Shown here piece by piece: positions 51,121 through 62,200 of a stretch of DNA of 64,000 nucleotides. The translations under genes were made by a program, and so were the position numbers. This DNA is from Bacteroidia bacterium (GTDB taxonomy: Bacteria; Bacteroidota; Bacteroidia; M30B66): contig OZ257142.1 in NCBI GenBank assembly GCA_965279035.1, positions 96,001-160,000 of the forward strand. Direction: 5' to 3'. The notes under the pieces were generated by a model that saw only the letters and a list, made by a program, of their open reading frames with translations, was not told where the DNA came from and ran no database searches. Within the stretch, counting starts at the first letter, position 1, and each line of letters begins with the position of its first letter.

Positions 51121-52122
51121 TTAAAGCGTTGAAAATTGAAGGAAATACAGAACCTGATTGTAAATCACTGCAGCAAGCAAAAGTAGAAACATCAGCTCAG
51201 CTAGAATCTGATTTTTTAAGGAAAGAAAATAATTCGAAATAATAACCGAGAGTGGAATGGCTAAAAATGAAAGTCCAATCATGGTGCGTTTAGAGGCAAC
51301 AAGATAACTCAGTCCTGCAAAAAGAAAAAACCAAACGATGATGGCTAAAAATTTACGTGTTCGCAGTTTGGCAAACGTATTTAAATCGTTGGAAAACCGC
51401 CAGAGTGAAGCAATAACAATGACAGCTAGAATAGCTGAGAGTATAATGTATGTTCCGTTATACGCTGTTGAAAATTGTACTTTATAAAAAGGCTCTAGAA
51501 TAGATCGAATGCTATTCAAGCTGAGCATATCGAACCAAAATAAAATGGTTCCGAAAAACAGAAATGGTAGTATAACTCCGATAAAACTAACAAGCCATTC
51601 GCGCCATTCAAAAGGACGGAGAACAAATAAAGACGCGAGTGTTAATGGAAATAGAAACAAACAAGGCCAATAAAATAAAGAGGCCAACCCAATGAATAAA
51701 CCGGCATCAAATACTTCAAAAACAGCTGTGTCGGAACGGTAAAAATTAAAAAGGGAATTGAGAAATACGATGATAAAAAAGTTCGCGAATAGCAGCGGAT
51801 TAAATGAAAGTTGTTCAGGAAAACAACTCATCAATACCACATAAAGCAATGCAGGTAAATGCGATGAATCACGTAAAACTCCTTGACGATTAATCACCGA
51901 AGTGAGAAAAAAAGCTTGCAATACCACCATCAACAAGGAAATCCCTATGAGTAAAATGCGATTCGATCGTATGGATTGAAATGCATAAAGGAAAAGTGGA
52001 AAGGCGTTTTCGGTATTACTAATTTCCGGTTTAGGCAAAATAAAAACCCACATCACCATTAACACCAAGGGCAGCATGAGCAGATTGATGAAATGGGCAG
52101 ACCGAAAAAAATTAATAAACAA
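51121..52122 (-). CDS. DUF6427-like polytopic membrane protein
   Basis: TTG start, about 10 TM helices, FDAGLFIGLASLFY, RPFEWREW. Confidence 0.75.
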   Translation of the reverse strand: MFINFFRSAHFINLLMLPLVLMVMWVFILPKPEISNTENAFPLFLYAFQSIRSNRILLIGISLLMVVLQAFFLTSVINRQGVLRDSSHLPALLYVVLMSCFPEQLSFNPLLFANFFIIVFLNSLFNFYRSDTAVFEVFDAGLFIGLASLFYWPCLFLFPLTLASLFVLRPFEWREWLVSFIGVILPFLFFGTILFWFDMLSLNSIRSILEPFYKVQFSTAYNGTYIILSAILAVIVIASLWRFSNDLNTFAKLRTRKFLAIIVWFFLFAGLSYLVASKRTMIGLSFLAIPLSVIISNYFLSLKNQILAELMFLLLLAAVIYNQVLYFLQFSTL

Positions 52123-52181
52123 GGGCTTGGGAAATTGGTGTTCGGGAAAATTCTTACTTTCGCAACAAATTTATCATAATC

Positions 52182-52343
52182 ATGGATACGCTGGTTTACG
52201 CACTCAAAGACTTTTTCGAATTTACTTTCAGTTTCATGCCTTCCATTGGAGCTGCAACCAATCTAATTTTCATTGGACTGCTCACTTTCTTTTCGATTTA
52301 TTGGATTGTTCAAATGTTTAAGAATCCCGAAAAACAACATTAA
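52182..52343 (+). CDS. Small membrane protein (53 aa, DUF6341-like)
   Basis: MDTLVYALKDFFEFTFSFMPSIGAATNLIFIGLLTFFSIYWIVQMFKNPEKQH*; TACTTTCG box upstream and terminator downstream; not in the ORF track. Confidence 0.75.
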   Translation: MDTLVYALKDFFEFTFSFMPSIGAATNLIFIGLLTFFSIYWIVQMFKNPEKQH

Positions 52344-52366
52344 TTTTTTAATGTTCAATACTATAC

Positions 52367-52392
52367 GCCCTGGTTATGCCGGGGCTTTTTAT
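52367..52392 (+). terminator. Rho-independent terminator
   Basis: GCCCTGG-TTATG-CCGGGGC followed by TTTTT. Confidence 0.75.
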
Positions 52393-52503
52393 TTTAAACT
52401 ATTCACGAGTAAATGTGAACACTCTGATTAAATCAACTGTTTGGCTGGAATCGATTAAACTAATTTTGCATCGAGCACTCCATTTTCTTTTGATCTTCAA
52501 CCA

Positions 52504-54975
52504 TTGTCTAAATCGCTTTTTTCTTTTTTCATTCTTACCGTTTTATTCGCCCATACGCTTGGGGCTCAGATTACGCGTGTAAAAGGAACTGTAAAAGATG
52601 CTACGACAAAAGAAACAATGCCTTTTGTCAATTTGATTTTCAAAGGAACTTCAATAGGAACTTCAACCGACATAAACGGAACTTTTGAATTAGAAGCTCA
52701 GCGTTCAGTAGATACGCTCCTTATCAGCTTCATGGGTTATAAAACCAAACGTGTAGGCATACTTCGTAATAAATCCAATACAGTTAATATTGAACTTCAA
52801 CCCGAAAATATTACGCTTCGGGAAGTAGTTATTCTACCTGGTGAAAACCCTGCTCACCGCATTATGCGCGAAGTGGTAGCTCATAAAAACGTAAACAATC
52901 CACAAAACGTAAAAACGTATCAATACGAGGTTTACAATAAAATTCAGTTCGATCTCAATAATTTCAAAGAAGGTTTTACTAAAAAGAAACTCTTCAAGCC
53001 CTTTGATTTCGTCTTTTCTTATGCCGATACAACCGAAGATGGAAAGCCTTATTTACCCATTGCTTTCACCGAAACATTCGCTCAAGTAACCTATACAAGC
53101 AATCCCGAAAGGAAACAAGAGCTCATAAAGGCCAGCCAAATTTCAGGGATTAAAAATGCCAGTGTCTCTCAGTTTCTGGGTGATATGTATCAAAATGTAA
53201 ACATCTACGATAACTTCTTGCTCATATTCAACAAAAGTTTCGTTAGCCCTGTTACCGACAATTTTCTGCGGTATTACAAATATTATTTGGTCGATAGTGT
53301 TTACATCGGAAACGAACGTTGCTATAAATTACTCTTCCTCCCCAAACGTAAACAAGACTTAACATTTACTGGAAATCTGTTTATACACGATTCAACCTTT
53401 GCAGTCAAACAAGTAAATATCCGTTTTAACGATAATGCCAACATCAATTATATCAAGCAGTTTGATGTGTTTCAGGAATACGAACGCGTGGATGGGAAAC
53501 AATGGATGCTCACCTATGAAAAATCTTTAGGCGATTTTGCTCCATTCGAAAAAGCCAATGGGAAAGGTGTTTTTGGTCGAAAGACAACTCGCTATCAAAA
53601 CTTCCGAATAAACAACTTGATAGCCGATTCGCTTTTCAAAGCTGGACAAGACATTATCGTATCTGATAGTGCCGATAAACATGATGATAGCTACTGGAAT
53701 CAATTAAGACCAGATTCGCTCACCCAAAAAGAACGCGACATTTATGTGATGGTTGATTCGCTCAAACAAGTGCCGCGGCTCATAAATACACGCTATTTCG
53801 GACAAATGCTTGCTACCGGTTATTTGCATTCGCATTGGATGGAAATAGGAAAGTACTACACCTTTGTGAGTTGGAACGATATCGAAGGTGTCCGCTTAAA
53901 ATTTGGCGGAATAACATCCAACGACTTTAGTAAACGCCTCGAACTTCGCGGTTCGCTTGCTTATGGATTGCAGGATAATCGCTTCAAAGCCCGAACTGGA
54001 TTGCGCTATTTTGTAGATAAAAACAAAAAACACAGAAGGCTACTCACGCTTACTTACAAATCAGATTTGGAACAGTTAAGCTTAAGTGCAAACTCCTTAA
54101 CGCTCGACAATATTCTAACGTCCATCCTACGCAGAACGGCATTGAAAAATGTAACCAATGTGGAAGAAGGTTTTGCAATGCTTGAATATGATTGGTTTCC
54201 TGGACTCAGTAATAAATTCACAGTTTTCAACAGAAGACTTGTTCCTTTAGGCAATTTCAAATTTGAACGTCAGTTGACTTCGGGAGAAAAAGTAAATGTG
54301 TCTCAAATTACTACCACCGAAATTGGGATACAAACTCGCTTTGCTTGGGGCGAAAAGTTTATCACCGGTGAATTCGATCGAACAAGTATCGGCACACGCT
54401 ACCCGATTATCACCCTTGATTTAGGATTAGGCGTTCCAAATGTATTGAGTTCACAATTCAATTATGTAAAAGCGCGTTTGAGAATTAGCGATCGCTTTCG
54501 GATTAATCCAATGGGCTATACCGATTATGTGATTGATTTTGGGAAAATATGGGGAACAGCGCCCTACTTATTTTTGGAATTACACCAAGGTTCTCAAACA
54601 TATGCGCTCGATCCTTTGGCGTTTAACATGATGAACATCTTTGAATTTGCTAGCGATCGTTATGCATACCTCTTTATTGATCATCATTTTGAAGGTTTCT
54701 TTCTGAATAAAATACCTTTGATGCGCAAACTAAAATGGCGCGAAGTAGTGACTTTAAAATCGGTGATCGGTGATATGAGAGCAGAGAATGTAAATCAACT
54801 GGTTTATCCCGGTGGATTAGATCCTCAATTGCATCGTCCTTATCTTGAAAGTGGCTTTGCAGTTGAAAATATTTTTAAAATTGTACGGGTCGATGCCCTT
54901 TGGCGAATGACACACCTTGATCGTCCCAATACGCGTGCATTTGGTGTTCGTGTTTCACTTTCTTTCCGCTTTTAA
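52504..54975 (+). CDS. DUF5686 and carboxypeptidase-like regulatory domain outer membrane protein
   Basis: TTG start, signal peptide, GTVKD..GTSTDINGTF, ENPAHRIM, YEVYNK, FVSP, C-terminal Phe of a beta-barrel. Confidence 0.85.
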   Translation: MSKSLFSFFILTVLFAHTLGAQITRVKGTVKDATTKETMPFVNLIFKGTSIGTSTDINGTFELEAQRSVDTLLISFMGYKTKRVGILRNKSNTVNIELQPENITLREVVILPGENPAHRIMREVVAHKNVNNPQNVKTYQYEVYNKIQFDLNNFKEGFTKKKLFKPFDFVFSYADTTEDGKPYLPIAFTETFAQVTYTSNPERKQELIKASQISGIKNASVSQFLGDMYQNVNIYDNFLLIFNKSFVSPVTDNFLRYYKYYLVDSVYIGNERCYKLLFLPKRKQDLTFTGNLFIHDSTFAVKQVNIRFNDNANINYIKQFDVFQEYERVDGKQWMLTYEKSLGDFAPFEKANGKGVFGRKTTRYQNFRINNLIADSLFKAGQDIIVSDSADKHDDSYWNQLRPDSLTQKERDIYVMVDSLKQVPRLINTRYFGQMLATGYLHSHWMEIGKYYTFVSWNDIEGVRLKFGGITSNDFSKRLELRGSLAYGLQDNRFKARTGLRYFVDKNKKHRRLLTLTYKSDLEQLSLSANSLTLDNILTSILRRTALKNVTNVEEGFAMLEYDWFPGLSNKFTVFNRRLVPLGNFKFERQLTSGEKVNVSQITTTEIGIQTRFAWGEKFITGEFDRTSIGTRYPIITLDLGLGVPNVLSSQFNYVKARLRISDRFRINPMGYTDYVIDFGKIWGTAPYLFLELHQGSQTYALDPLAFNMMNIFEFASDRYAYLFIDHHFEGFFLNKIPLMRKLKWREVVTLKSVIGDMRAENVNQLVYPGGLDPQLHRPYLESGFAVENIFKIVRVDALWRMTHLDRPNTRAFGVRVSLSFRF

Positions 54976-54978
54976 TTT

Positions 54979-55704
54979 ATGAAACTACATACGAATAATC
55001 TGGTAAAGCGCTATAAAAAGCGTACAGTCGTGAATCATGTTTCGGTGGAAGTGAACCAAGGTGAAATTGTTGGTTTGCTTGGTCCTAATGGCGCTGGTAA
55101 AACAACCACATTTTACATGACCGTTGGGCTCATTCGTCCAAATGAAGGCGATGTTTTTCTGGATGATTTAAACATCACCGATTTGCCCATGTACCGTAGA
55201 GCACAGCTAGGAATTGGTTACTTGGCTCAAGAAGCTTCGGTGTTTCGTAAATTGAGTGTAGAAGATAATATTAAAGCCATTTTGGAGATGACTAAACTCT
55301 CGAAAGTGGAGCAAAAAAAACGGCTTGAGTCTTTGCTAGATGAGTTTAGCTTGCAGAAAATTCGTACAAACCGAGGTGACCTTTTATCGGGTGGTGAACG
55401 AAGAAGAACAGAGATTGCTCGCGCCTTGGCTTCAGATCCAAAATTCATTCTTCTCGACGAACCGTTTGCTGGAGTTGATCCCATAGCGGTGGAAGATATT
55501 CAAAGCATTGTTGCCAAATTGAAAGATCGGAACATCGGAATTCTCATCACCGATCACAACGTACACGAAACACTCAACATTACCGATCGCGCATATCTGT
55601 TATATGAAGGCAAAATTCTAAAATCGGGTACCGCCGAAGAACTCGCTGCAGATGAAACTGTTCGACGTGTTTACTTGGGAATGAACTTCGAATTACGTCG
55701 TTAG
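54979..55704 (+). CDS. lptB: LPS export ABC transporter ATP-binding protein
   Basis: [44 protein letters not shown]. Confidence 0.96.
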   Translation: MKLHTNNLVKRYKKRTVVNHVSVEVNQGEIVGLLGPNGAGKTTTFYMTVGLIRPNEGDVFLDDLNITDLPMYRRAQLGIGYLAQEASVFRKLSVEDNIKAILEMTKLSKVEQKKRLESLLDEFSLQKIRTNRGDLLSGGERRRTEIARALASDPKFILLDEPFAGVDPIAVEDIQSIVAKLKDRNIGILITDHNVHETLNITDRAYLLYEGKILKSGTAEELAADETVRRVYLGMNFELRR

Positions 55705-55788
55705 TGTTGATGATTTTCATGTTTAATCATTCAATCCAATAGAAAGAGAAATCTCGAAGCGCTTATATTTGTAACTTATCTCAGTCCA

Positions 55789-56040
55789 ATGAAATTTATT
55801 GCAGAAATTGATGTGATGCCTCACAAGGCTCTACTCGATCCACAAGGAAAAGCCGTTAGCGGAAGTATGAAAAACTTGGGCCTTCCTGAGATTGGAAATG
55901 TACGAATCGGAAAACACATTCAATTAGAAGTGGAGGCAGGCGATGAAAAAGCTGCCCGCGAAAAAATTGACAAAGCCTGCAAAGAATTATTAGCCAATCC
56001 AATTATGGAAGGTTATCATTTTACGGTGATTTCGGCTTAG
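55789..56040 (+). CDS. purS: FGAM synthase subunit PurS
   Basis: LLDPQGKAV, VRIGK, LLANPIME. Confidence 0.95.
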   Translation: MKFIAEIDVMPHKALLDPQGKAVSGSMKNLGLPEIGNVRIGKHIQLEVEAGDEKAAREKIDKACKELLANPIMEGYHFTVISA

Positions 56041-56050
56041 ATAATTTCCT

Positions 56051-56782
56051 TTAAACAGGAGTACTCTTCGTTTTTGTTGCAAGCATTTGCACTAAAGAAA
56101 TCAGCACGTAAAGTCCCACAAATGGGGCAAGTGCTGCAAACTTTAGCCAAATAAAAAACGGAACCGAAAGGAGAATCAAACTGTATTGAGCTTCGTTCCC
56201 TTTCCAAGTTAAATTTTTCAGTTTAAAGCTAAACATCGGTATTTCCGATACTAATAAAAAGGAAGTCAACACTGCGATTCCACATAAAATCCAAGTGGAA
56301 AACCAATAAGTTCCATTGTGATATCCAATCCATATTCCTGCCCAAAATAAAGCATTGGCTGGTGTAGGCATTCCTATAAACGAACTACTTTGTCGCGTAT
56401 CGTGATTGAATTTTGCTAAACGATAGGCAGAAAAAACGGCAATCAATAGAGCGATTGAAGTCGGAAATTGCATAAAGAATTCGGCAACTTCTTCGCCTGT
56501 TTGCAAGGAACTCAATTGTGATTCAGCAATGAGTCGAAAAGCCATCATCGAAGGCAAAACTCCAAATGTTACCATGTCGGCCAATGAATCCAAATCTTTT
56601 CCAATTGGAGAAGATACTTTGAGTGCTCGTGCTGCAAAGCCATCAAAAAAGTCAAACACTCCTGCCAACAACATGAGCAAAGGAACCAAGTCAGGATTAC
56701 CTGCTAACAGTTGCTGAATAGCCAAGCAGCCACATAGCAAATTAGAAAGAGTTAGTGCGTTAGGCAGGTTTTGTTTTAGCAT
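56051..56782 (-). CDS. pssA: CDP-diacylglycerol--serine O-phosphatidyltransferase
   Basis: LPNALT, DFFDGFAAR..G..LDSLAD.VTFG, RLAKFN, FIGMPTP. Confidence 0.88.
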   Translation of the reverse strand: MLKQNLPNALTLSNLLCGCLAIQQLLAGNPDLVPLLMLLAGVFDFFDGFAARALKVSSPIGKDLDSLADMVTFGVLPSMMAFRLIAESQLSSLQTGEEVAEFFMQFPTSIALLIAVFSAYRLAKFNHDTRQSSSFIGMPTPANALFWAGIWIGYHNGTYWFSTWILCGIAVLTSFLLVSEIPMFSFKLKNLTWKGNEAQYSLILLSVPFFIWLKFAALAPFVGLYVLISLVQMLATKTKSTPV

Positions 56783-57947
56783 CGTTAATCCCTACTGGAT
56801 TGTATTCGCGAGTTGGATTGTAGTTTTTCTTACGGCGAATGAATTTCTTTTCGAAGTATTCTGTACTGAAAATTGCTAGCGCAAAAGTAATGGCAAATGC
56901 AATCAAAGGTTCTATCAATAAAACAGAAGTTAAGTTTTCTTCACTTACTATGAACTTCATGATTCGATATCCTAAAATAATCCCAATGGCATGATATGCA
57001 TACATGCTATAAGCATGCTTTCCGGGATAATTGAATATGCGCAATTTGGCTAATTTGAAAACCGAATTAGAACTGAAATTCTGTTCAAAAACAAAAAATG
57101 CCAACGTGAGCGTGAGCACTACGCGTTCGATAATAAATACCAATTGTTCAGGTATCATTTGCATCCGAAATTCAATGGGCTTTAAGAATATCAACACTCC
57201 AAAAAATGCGAGGTATATAAACCCAATCGTCCGGCGTGTTTGCTTTTTCAAGAAAATGTAAAGTTTGTATTTAAAGAAACAGAAGTAGGCTAAATACGAA
57301 CCAACTATAAAATCACACATCACGTTCAAGGTGCTGTAACGGAACGAATCATCTTGCGACCACATCCAAGCAGAACCAATAAAAGCAAGCATTGCAATGA
57401 CAAACAAGGTCATTTCCTTTCTACGAAAATTAGCCATCAACAAAGGCCAAATCAATATAAATTGAAATGAAACTGCGATTGACCACATATTTCCTAATAC
57501 TCCTTGAATTGGATTTCCGGTATCGATGTAATGATAATTAAATATAAAACCGAGGTATTCTGCAATACCAATTGGTTGATTCGTACTATCAGGAATTCCG
57601 GTATCGACATTCGGAAGAATAAAAAATCCTAACAAAAACAGAAGAAAATACAAGGGTAACATCCCCAAAATCCGACGCATGTAAAAGCGTAAAAGATTCA
57701 TTTTCTTATAGATAAATCGCTCTTCGAAAATTGTCCAAGTGTTCAAAAACCCTGTTAGTAGAAAGAGTAAACTGTAGCAAACACTATTGAGATTGCCTGT
57801 AACTTGCCGCATGTCAAGAAACAAAGATGATACTTCAACCTGTTGATTGTCTGTTATGAAACAATGAGAAAAGAAAATGCCGAAAAACGCCAGAAACCGA
57901 AGCGAATTGATATTGTCAAAATGTGATTTCTTAATAAGTCGTTTCAT
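56760..57947 (-). CDS. Acyltransferase-3 (OafA-like) membrane protein
   Basis: INSLRFLA....SH, FLLTGFL, FYMRRILG, WSIAV, YSMYAYH. Confidence 0.8.
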   Translation of the reverse strand: MKRLIKKSHFDNINSLRFLAFFGIFFSHCFITDNQQVEVSSLFLDMRQVTGNLNSVCYSLLFLLTGFLNTWTIFEERFIYKKMNLLRFYMRRILGMLPLYFLLFLLGFFILPNVDTGIPDSTNQPIGIAEYLGFIFNYHYIDTGNPIQGVLGNMWSIAVSFQFILIWPLLMANFRRKEMTLFVIAMLAFIGSAWMWSQDDSFRYSTLNVMCDFIVGSYLAYFCFFKYKLYIFLKKQTRRTIGFIYLAFFGVLIFLKPIEFRMQMIPEQLVFIIERVVLTLTLAFFVFEQNFSSNSVFKLAKLRIFNYPGKHAYSMYAYHAIGIILGYRIMKFIVSEENLTSVLLIEPLIAFAITFALAIFSTEYFEKKFIRRKKNYNPTREYNPVGINDAKTKPA

Positions 57948-58095
57948 GTACCAAATTCAATCTCTTCTATCCACATTTTTGGAAAGCAAACATGCAAAGG
58001 AAAAAAAGATTCTATACCTACAAAATAAATCCTGTCCGAATACGCTTAATCGGGTGAAAAGACCCCGCGATTCATCCAAATCATTTTTTTAAAAT

Positions 58096-59238
58096 ATGCA
58101 TAATGCCCACTATATCAACTACATGAAATACATCAGGCTGCTAATTTTATTTTTCGTGTTGTTTACACAAGGCGAAATCTCCGCTCAAACTGCTCGAAAA
58201 TACAGTAATGAGTTCCTCTCAATCGGTGTTGGTGCACGCGCATTGGGTATGTCCGGAGCCTTTGTTTCTGCTGCTTCTGATGCAACAGCTGGTTATTGGA
58301 ATCCCGCTGGATTAACTGGAATTACCTCTAAATTCCAAGGTGCATTGATGCATTCGGAATACTTTGCAGGAATTGCCAAATACGATTATGGTTGTCTGGC
58401 AACTCGCCTCGATCCTAAAAGCGTTCTTGCCGTTTCGGTTGTTCGATTTGGTGTGGATGATATTCCCGATACCTCCGAACTCATCGATGCCAATGGAAAC
58501 ATTAACTACGATCGAATCCAATCATTCTCTGCTGCCGATTATGGATTCCTTTTTTCCTACGCCCGTCAACTAAAAAAAGAAGGACTTAGCATTGGAGCAA
58601 ATGCCAAAGTAATTCATCGGAAAGTGGGCGACTTTGCAAAATCTTGGGGATTCGGCCTTGATGCTGGTGTGCAATACAATCCTGGGAAATGGCGCTGGTC
58701 GGCTATGGCTCGCGATATTACTTCTACGTTTAATGCTTGGTCTTACAATTTAAGTCAAGCTCAACGTGATGCATTATCATCCACTGGCAATGAGATTCCT
58801 CAAAATTCACTTGAAATCACATTACCCACTCTAACCTTAGGAGCCGCTCGAAAATTCGAATTCGGGAAGAAATTTACGCTACTCACCGAACTCGATCTCC
58901 AAACAACCTTCGACGGAATGAGAAATACCATCATCCGCGATAAAACTTTTTCCATGACTCCTGTGTTTGGATTAGAAGCCGGTTTTAAAAACATCATCTT
59001 TCTTCGTGGCGGTGTTGGAAACCTTCAAACTATTCAAAATGATGCGAATACTGGTCGAACAACTACCTTTCAACCCAACCTCGGCTTAGGAATTCGTATT
59101 AAAGGAATTCAAATCGATTATGCCCTTACCGACATAGGTGATCAAAGTACAGCGCTGTTCTCTAATGTATTTTCTCTTCGTTTCGACATCAACGCTGCTG
59201 ATAAGAAACCGAGTTCATCAACTTCAACGACCAAGTAA
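58096..59238 (+). CDS. PorV/PorQ family outer membrane barrel (PorV2-like)
   Basis: KYSNEFLSIGVGARALGM, YWNPAGL, HSEYFAGIAKYDY, RFGVDDIPDT, SAADYGF, IDYALTDIGD; start may be 58123. Confidence 0.88.
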   Translation: MHNAHYINYMKYIRLLILFFVLFTQGEISAQTARKYSNEFLSIGVGARALGMSGAFVSAASDATAGYWNPAGLTGITSKFQGALMHSEYFAGIAKYDYGCLATRLDPKSVLAVSVVRFGVDDIPDTSELIDANGNINYDRIQSFSAADYGFLFSYARQLKKEGLSIGANAKVIHRKVGDFAKSWGFGLDAGVQYNPGKWRWSAMARDITSTFNAWSYNLSQAQRDALSSTGNEIPQNSLEITLPTLTLGAARKFEFGKKFTLLTELDLQTTFDGMRNTIIRDKTFSMTPVFGLEAGFKNIIFLRGGVGNLQTIQNDANTGRTTTFQPNLGLGIRIKGIQIDYALTDIGDQSTALFSNVFSLRFDINAADKKPSSSTSTTK

Positions 59239-59246
59239 GTTTGCTT

Positions 59247-62200
59247 ATGGTAAAACGTTACTTCCTTCCATTTTTATTTCTATTTTTTGTTCAATCTATC
59301 CTTGCGCAACCATTCGGCAATGAGTGGATTCAGTACAACCAATCATATTACAAAATTAAAGTTTGGAACGATGGTGTTTACAGAATCTCCTTTGCTGCCT
59401 TAACAGAAGCTATTCCTGCGCTTGTTGCAACAGATCCTCGTAATCTCCAGATCTTTGGACGCGGTCAAGAACAAGCCATTTACATCCAAGGTGAAAGCGA
59501 TGGAACTTGGGACTCAGCCGATTTTGTTGAGTTTTTTGGACGGAAAAATACAGGCTGGCTCGATGCATCCATGTATCCTGATGCCAATGCACATGGGAAT
59601 CCAAATTATTCCTTGATTTCGGATACAGCATCCTATTTTATCACTTGGAATTCTTCTACCTCTAATTTGAGGATGATCTCCGAAACGGATGTGAACTTCA
59701 CCGGAATTACCGCAGCTCCCTATTTCATCAATCAAGTAAACTATCAGGAAACTAGCGATTACTATTTTGGTAAAACCGATTTCAACAATTCTACCGATCC
59801 CGAATATACCGATGGTGAAGGCTGGGCTGGTGCTGTTTTTACGGCACCTCTACTCAATCAAATAATTTCTCTTCCAAGTACAAATGCCGTTGCTACTGGA
59901 CCACAGGCAAATTTATCCATTGTTTACAACACCATTTCCAATGCACCTTGGTTTAATGATCATCATTACCAAATGCAGCTTAGCAATCTTGCTGTTTTAG
60001 ACACTATAATGGAAGGTCATGGTTGTAGAAAGTTTTCATTTTCGATGAATGCTTCTGGACTTGGAGCTTCCACTACTCAGTTTAAACATTCCTACCTCGG
60101 CATAAACGATAACAATGGTGTTTTAGTCACTTCCAATAGTATGTTCTCCAATTACGTGTGGCGTTATCCGCATAGTTTCAATTTGGAAAACAAAACGTAT
60201 TATCGCATGTGGCTGCCCGACAATCCCAATAGTAGCAACTATTTGCTCAACATGAGTAATCTTGCCGCAGCTGGTTCGACCGTTTGGCTGTATGATTTGA
60301 GCAATGGAAAACGTATTACCGTTTTACCTGTTGCGGGTGTTTACAAAGCCATTGTTCCAAATGGTTCGGGTGCTGAAAAAGAACTTTTTGTTGTTCCTGA
60401 AAACCAATTTTCATCCATCGCAGGAACAGCCATCCAACCTGTAAATTCAGCCAGTGCTCAACCCGGAAAATTTACCGATTTGCAAAACATTCCCGGGTAC
60501 CAATTTTTGCTGGTTTCCAATAGAAACTTGAGCCAAGAAGCTCAGAATTACAAAGCATACCGCACTGCAAAATACAGCTCCGAAGTTGTTTATGTGGATG
60601 AACTATTCGATCAATTTAGCTACGGTATTACTCAACATCCGCTTGCTATTCGAAATTTTGCTAATACGGCTTTGTCTTATTGGACCACAAAACCCGAATA
60701 CTTACTACTTCTCGGAAAATCAATTTCAGCTCATTTTATTCGAAACGATGCCCAAGCCTGGAGCGAATGCATGGTTCCAACTTATGGCTTTCCATCAAGC
60801 GATGCTTTGTTAACAGCAGGATTAAATGGAACATTGCCCTATGAACCTGCATTAGCAACGGGACGTGTTGCCGCTAAGAATGGCGCTGATGTGACTGCTT
60901 ACCTCAATAAACTTCAAGAATACGAAGCCAATGAACCAGCACTTTGGATGAAACAGATTCTCCATTTTGGTGGTGGTCAAAGTCAAGGCGAACAACAAAC
61001 TTACTTGAATTACTTAGGAACCTATAAGCACACCATCGAAGACACGCTGTTTGGAGGAACAGTTTATACCTATCAAAAAACCAGCTCTGCTCCTATTGAG
61101 CAAACACAAAGCGCCATCATTGCCGATTACATAAACAATGGTGTTTCCTTGATGACCTTTTTTGGACATGCTACTGGAAGTGGATTTGACGTAAGTATTG
61201 ATGATCCGGGTTCCTATAATAATCAAGGGAAATATCCTTTCCTTATCGGGAATTCTTGTTATGCCGGCGATATCCACCAACCACCCGGATTTGGCTTTAG
61301 TCAAAGTGAGGAATTTACCCTCATTCCCAATCGGGGAACTATCGGCTTTATCGCTTCTGTTTCGCTCGGAATTCCCAATCAATTGCACACTTACACCGAT
61401 TCTTTGTATAAATACATAGGACAGCGTCATTACGGAGAACCGGTTGGAATGAGCATGAAGCGTGTTTGTCACGATATCTATTCGAACGATCCTTTCCGAA
61501 AAGCTGTAATACTTGAAACAACATTACACGGCGATCCAGGCGTTGCAATGAATCATGCCGATTTGCCCGATTACCTCACTACGGCACCTGAAGTTTATTT
61601 CGATCCAAATGAAGTAACGACCGAAGTAGATAGCTTCAGCTTAAACATTGTTGTTACGAATGTTGGGCGTGCAACTAATCAACCGGTAACCCTTGAAGTC
61701 GTTCGTAATTTCCCCGGAACTGGACTTACAACAACCTATTCACGCGTGATGCAACAATTGTATTACCGTGATACACTTCATATTCGCATGCCGGTAACCG
61801 ATTTGGTAAAAGGTGGTGTGGGCATCAATACGTTCAACATTCGTATAGATCCATTGAATCAGCAAGCAGAGCTTTCAGAATCCAATAACAACCTAACTGC
61901 AACACTTATTATCCGTTCTGCTGAAGTCTTACCTGTTTGGCCTTATGAATATGCCTTAGTTCCTGATAACTCGGTTACGTTAAAAGCTTCTACCGGAGAT
62001 CCTTTTGCTCCCGTTCGGAACTACATTTTCGAAATGGATACAACAGATCTCTTTAATAGTCCATTTAAAATAACTACCACCATTACACAAGCAGGTGGAG
62101 TTCTCAACTGGGTGCCACCATTGACTTTACAAGATAGCATGGTGTATTTCTGGCGCGTTTCTCCCGATTCAGTTGCTGGAGGATCGTATCGTTGGAAAGA

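Noticed and set aside
52076-52321. 81-aa ORF from the track
   Set aside because: Overlaps the DUF6427-like start; the 53-aa ORF at 52182 in another frame fits the promoter, terminator and composition better
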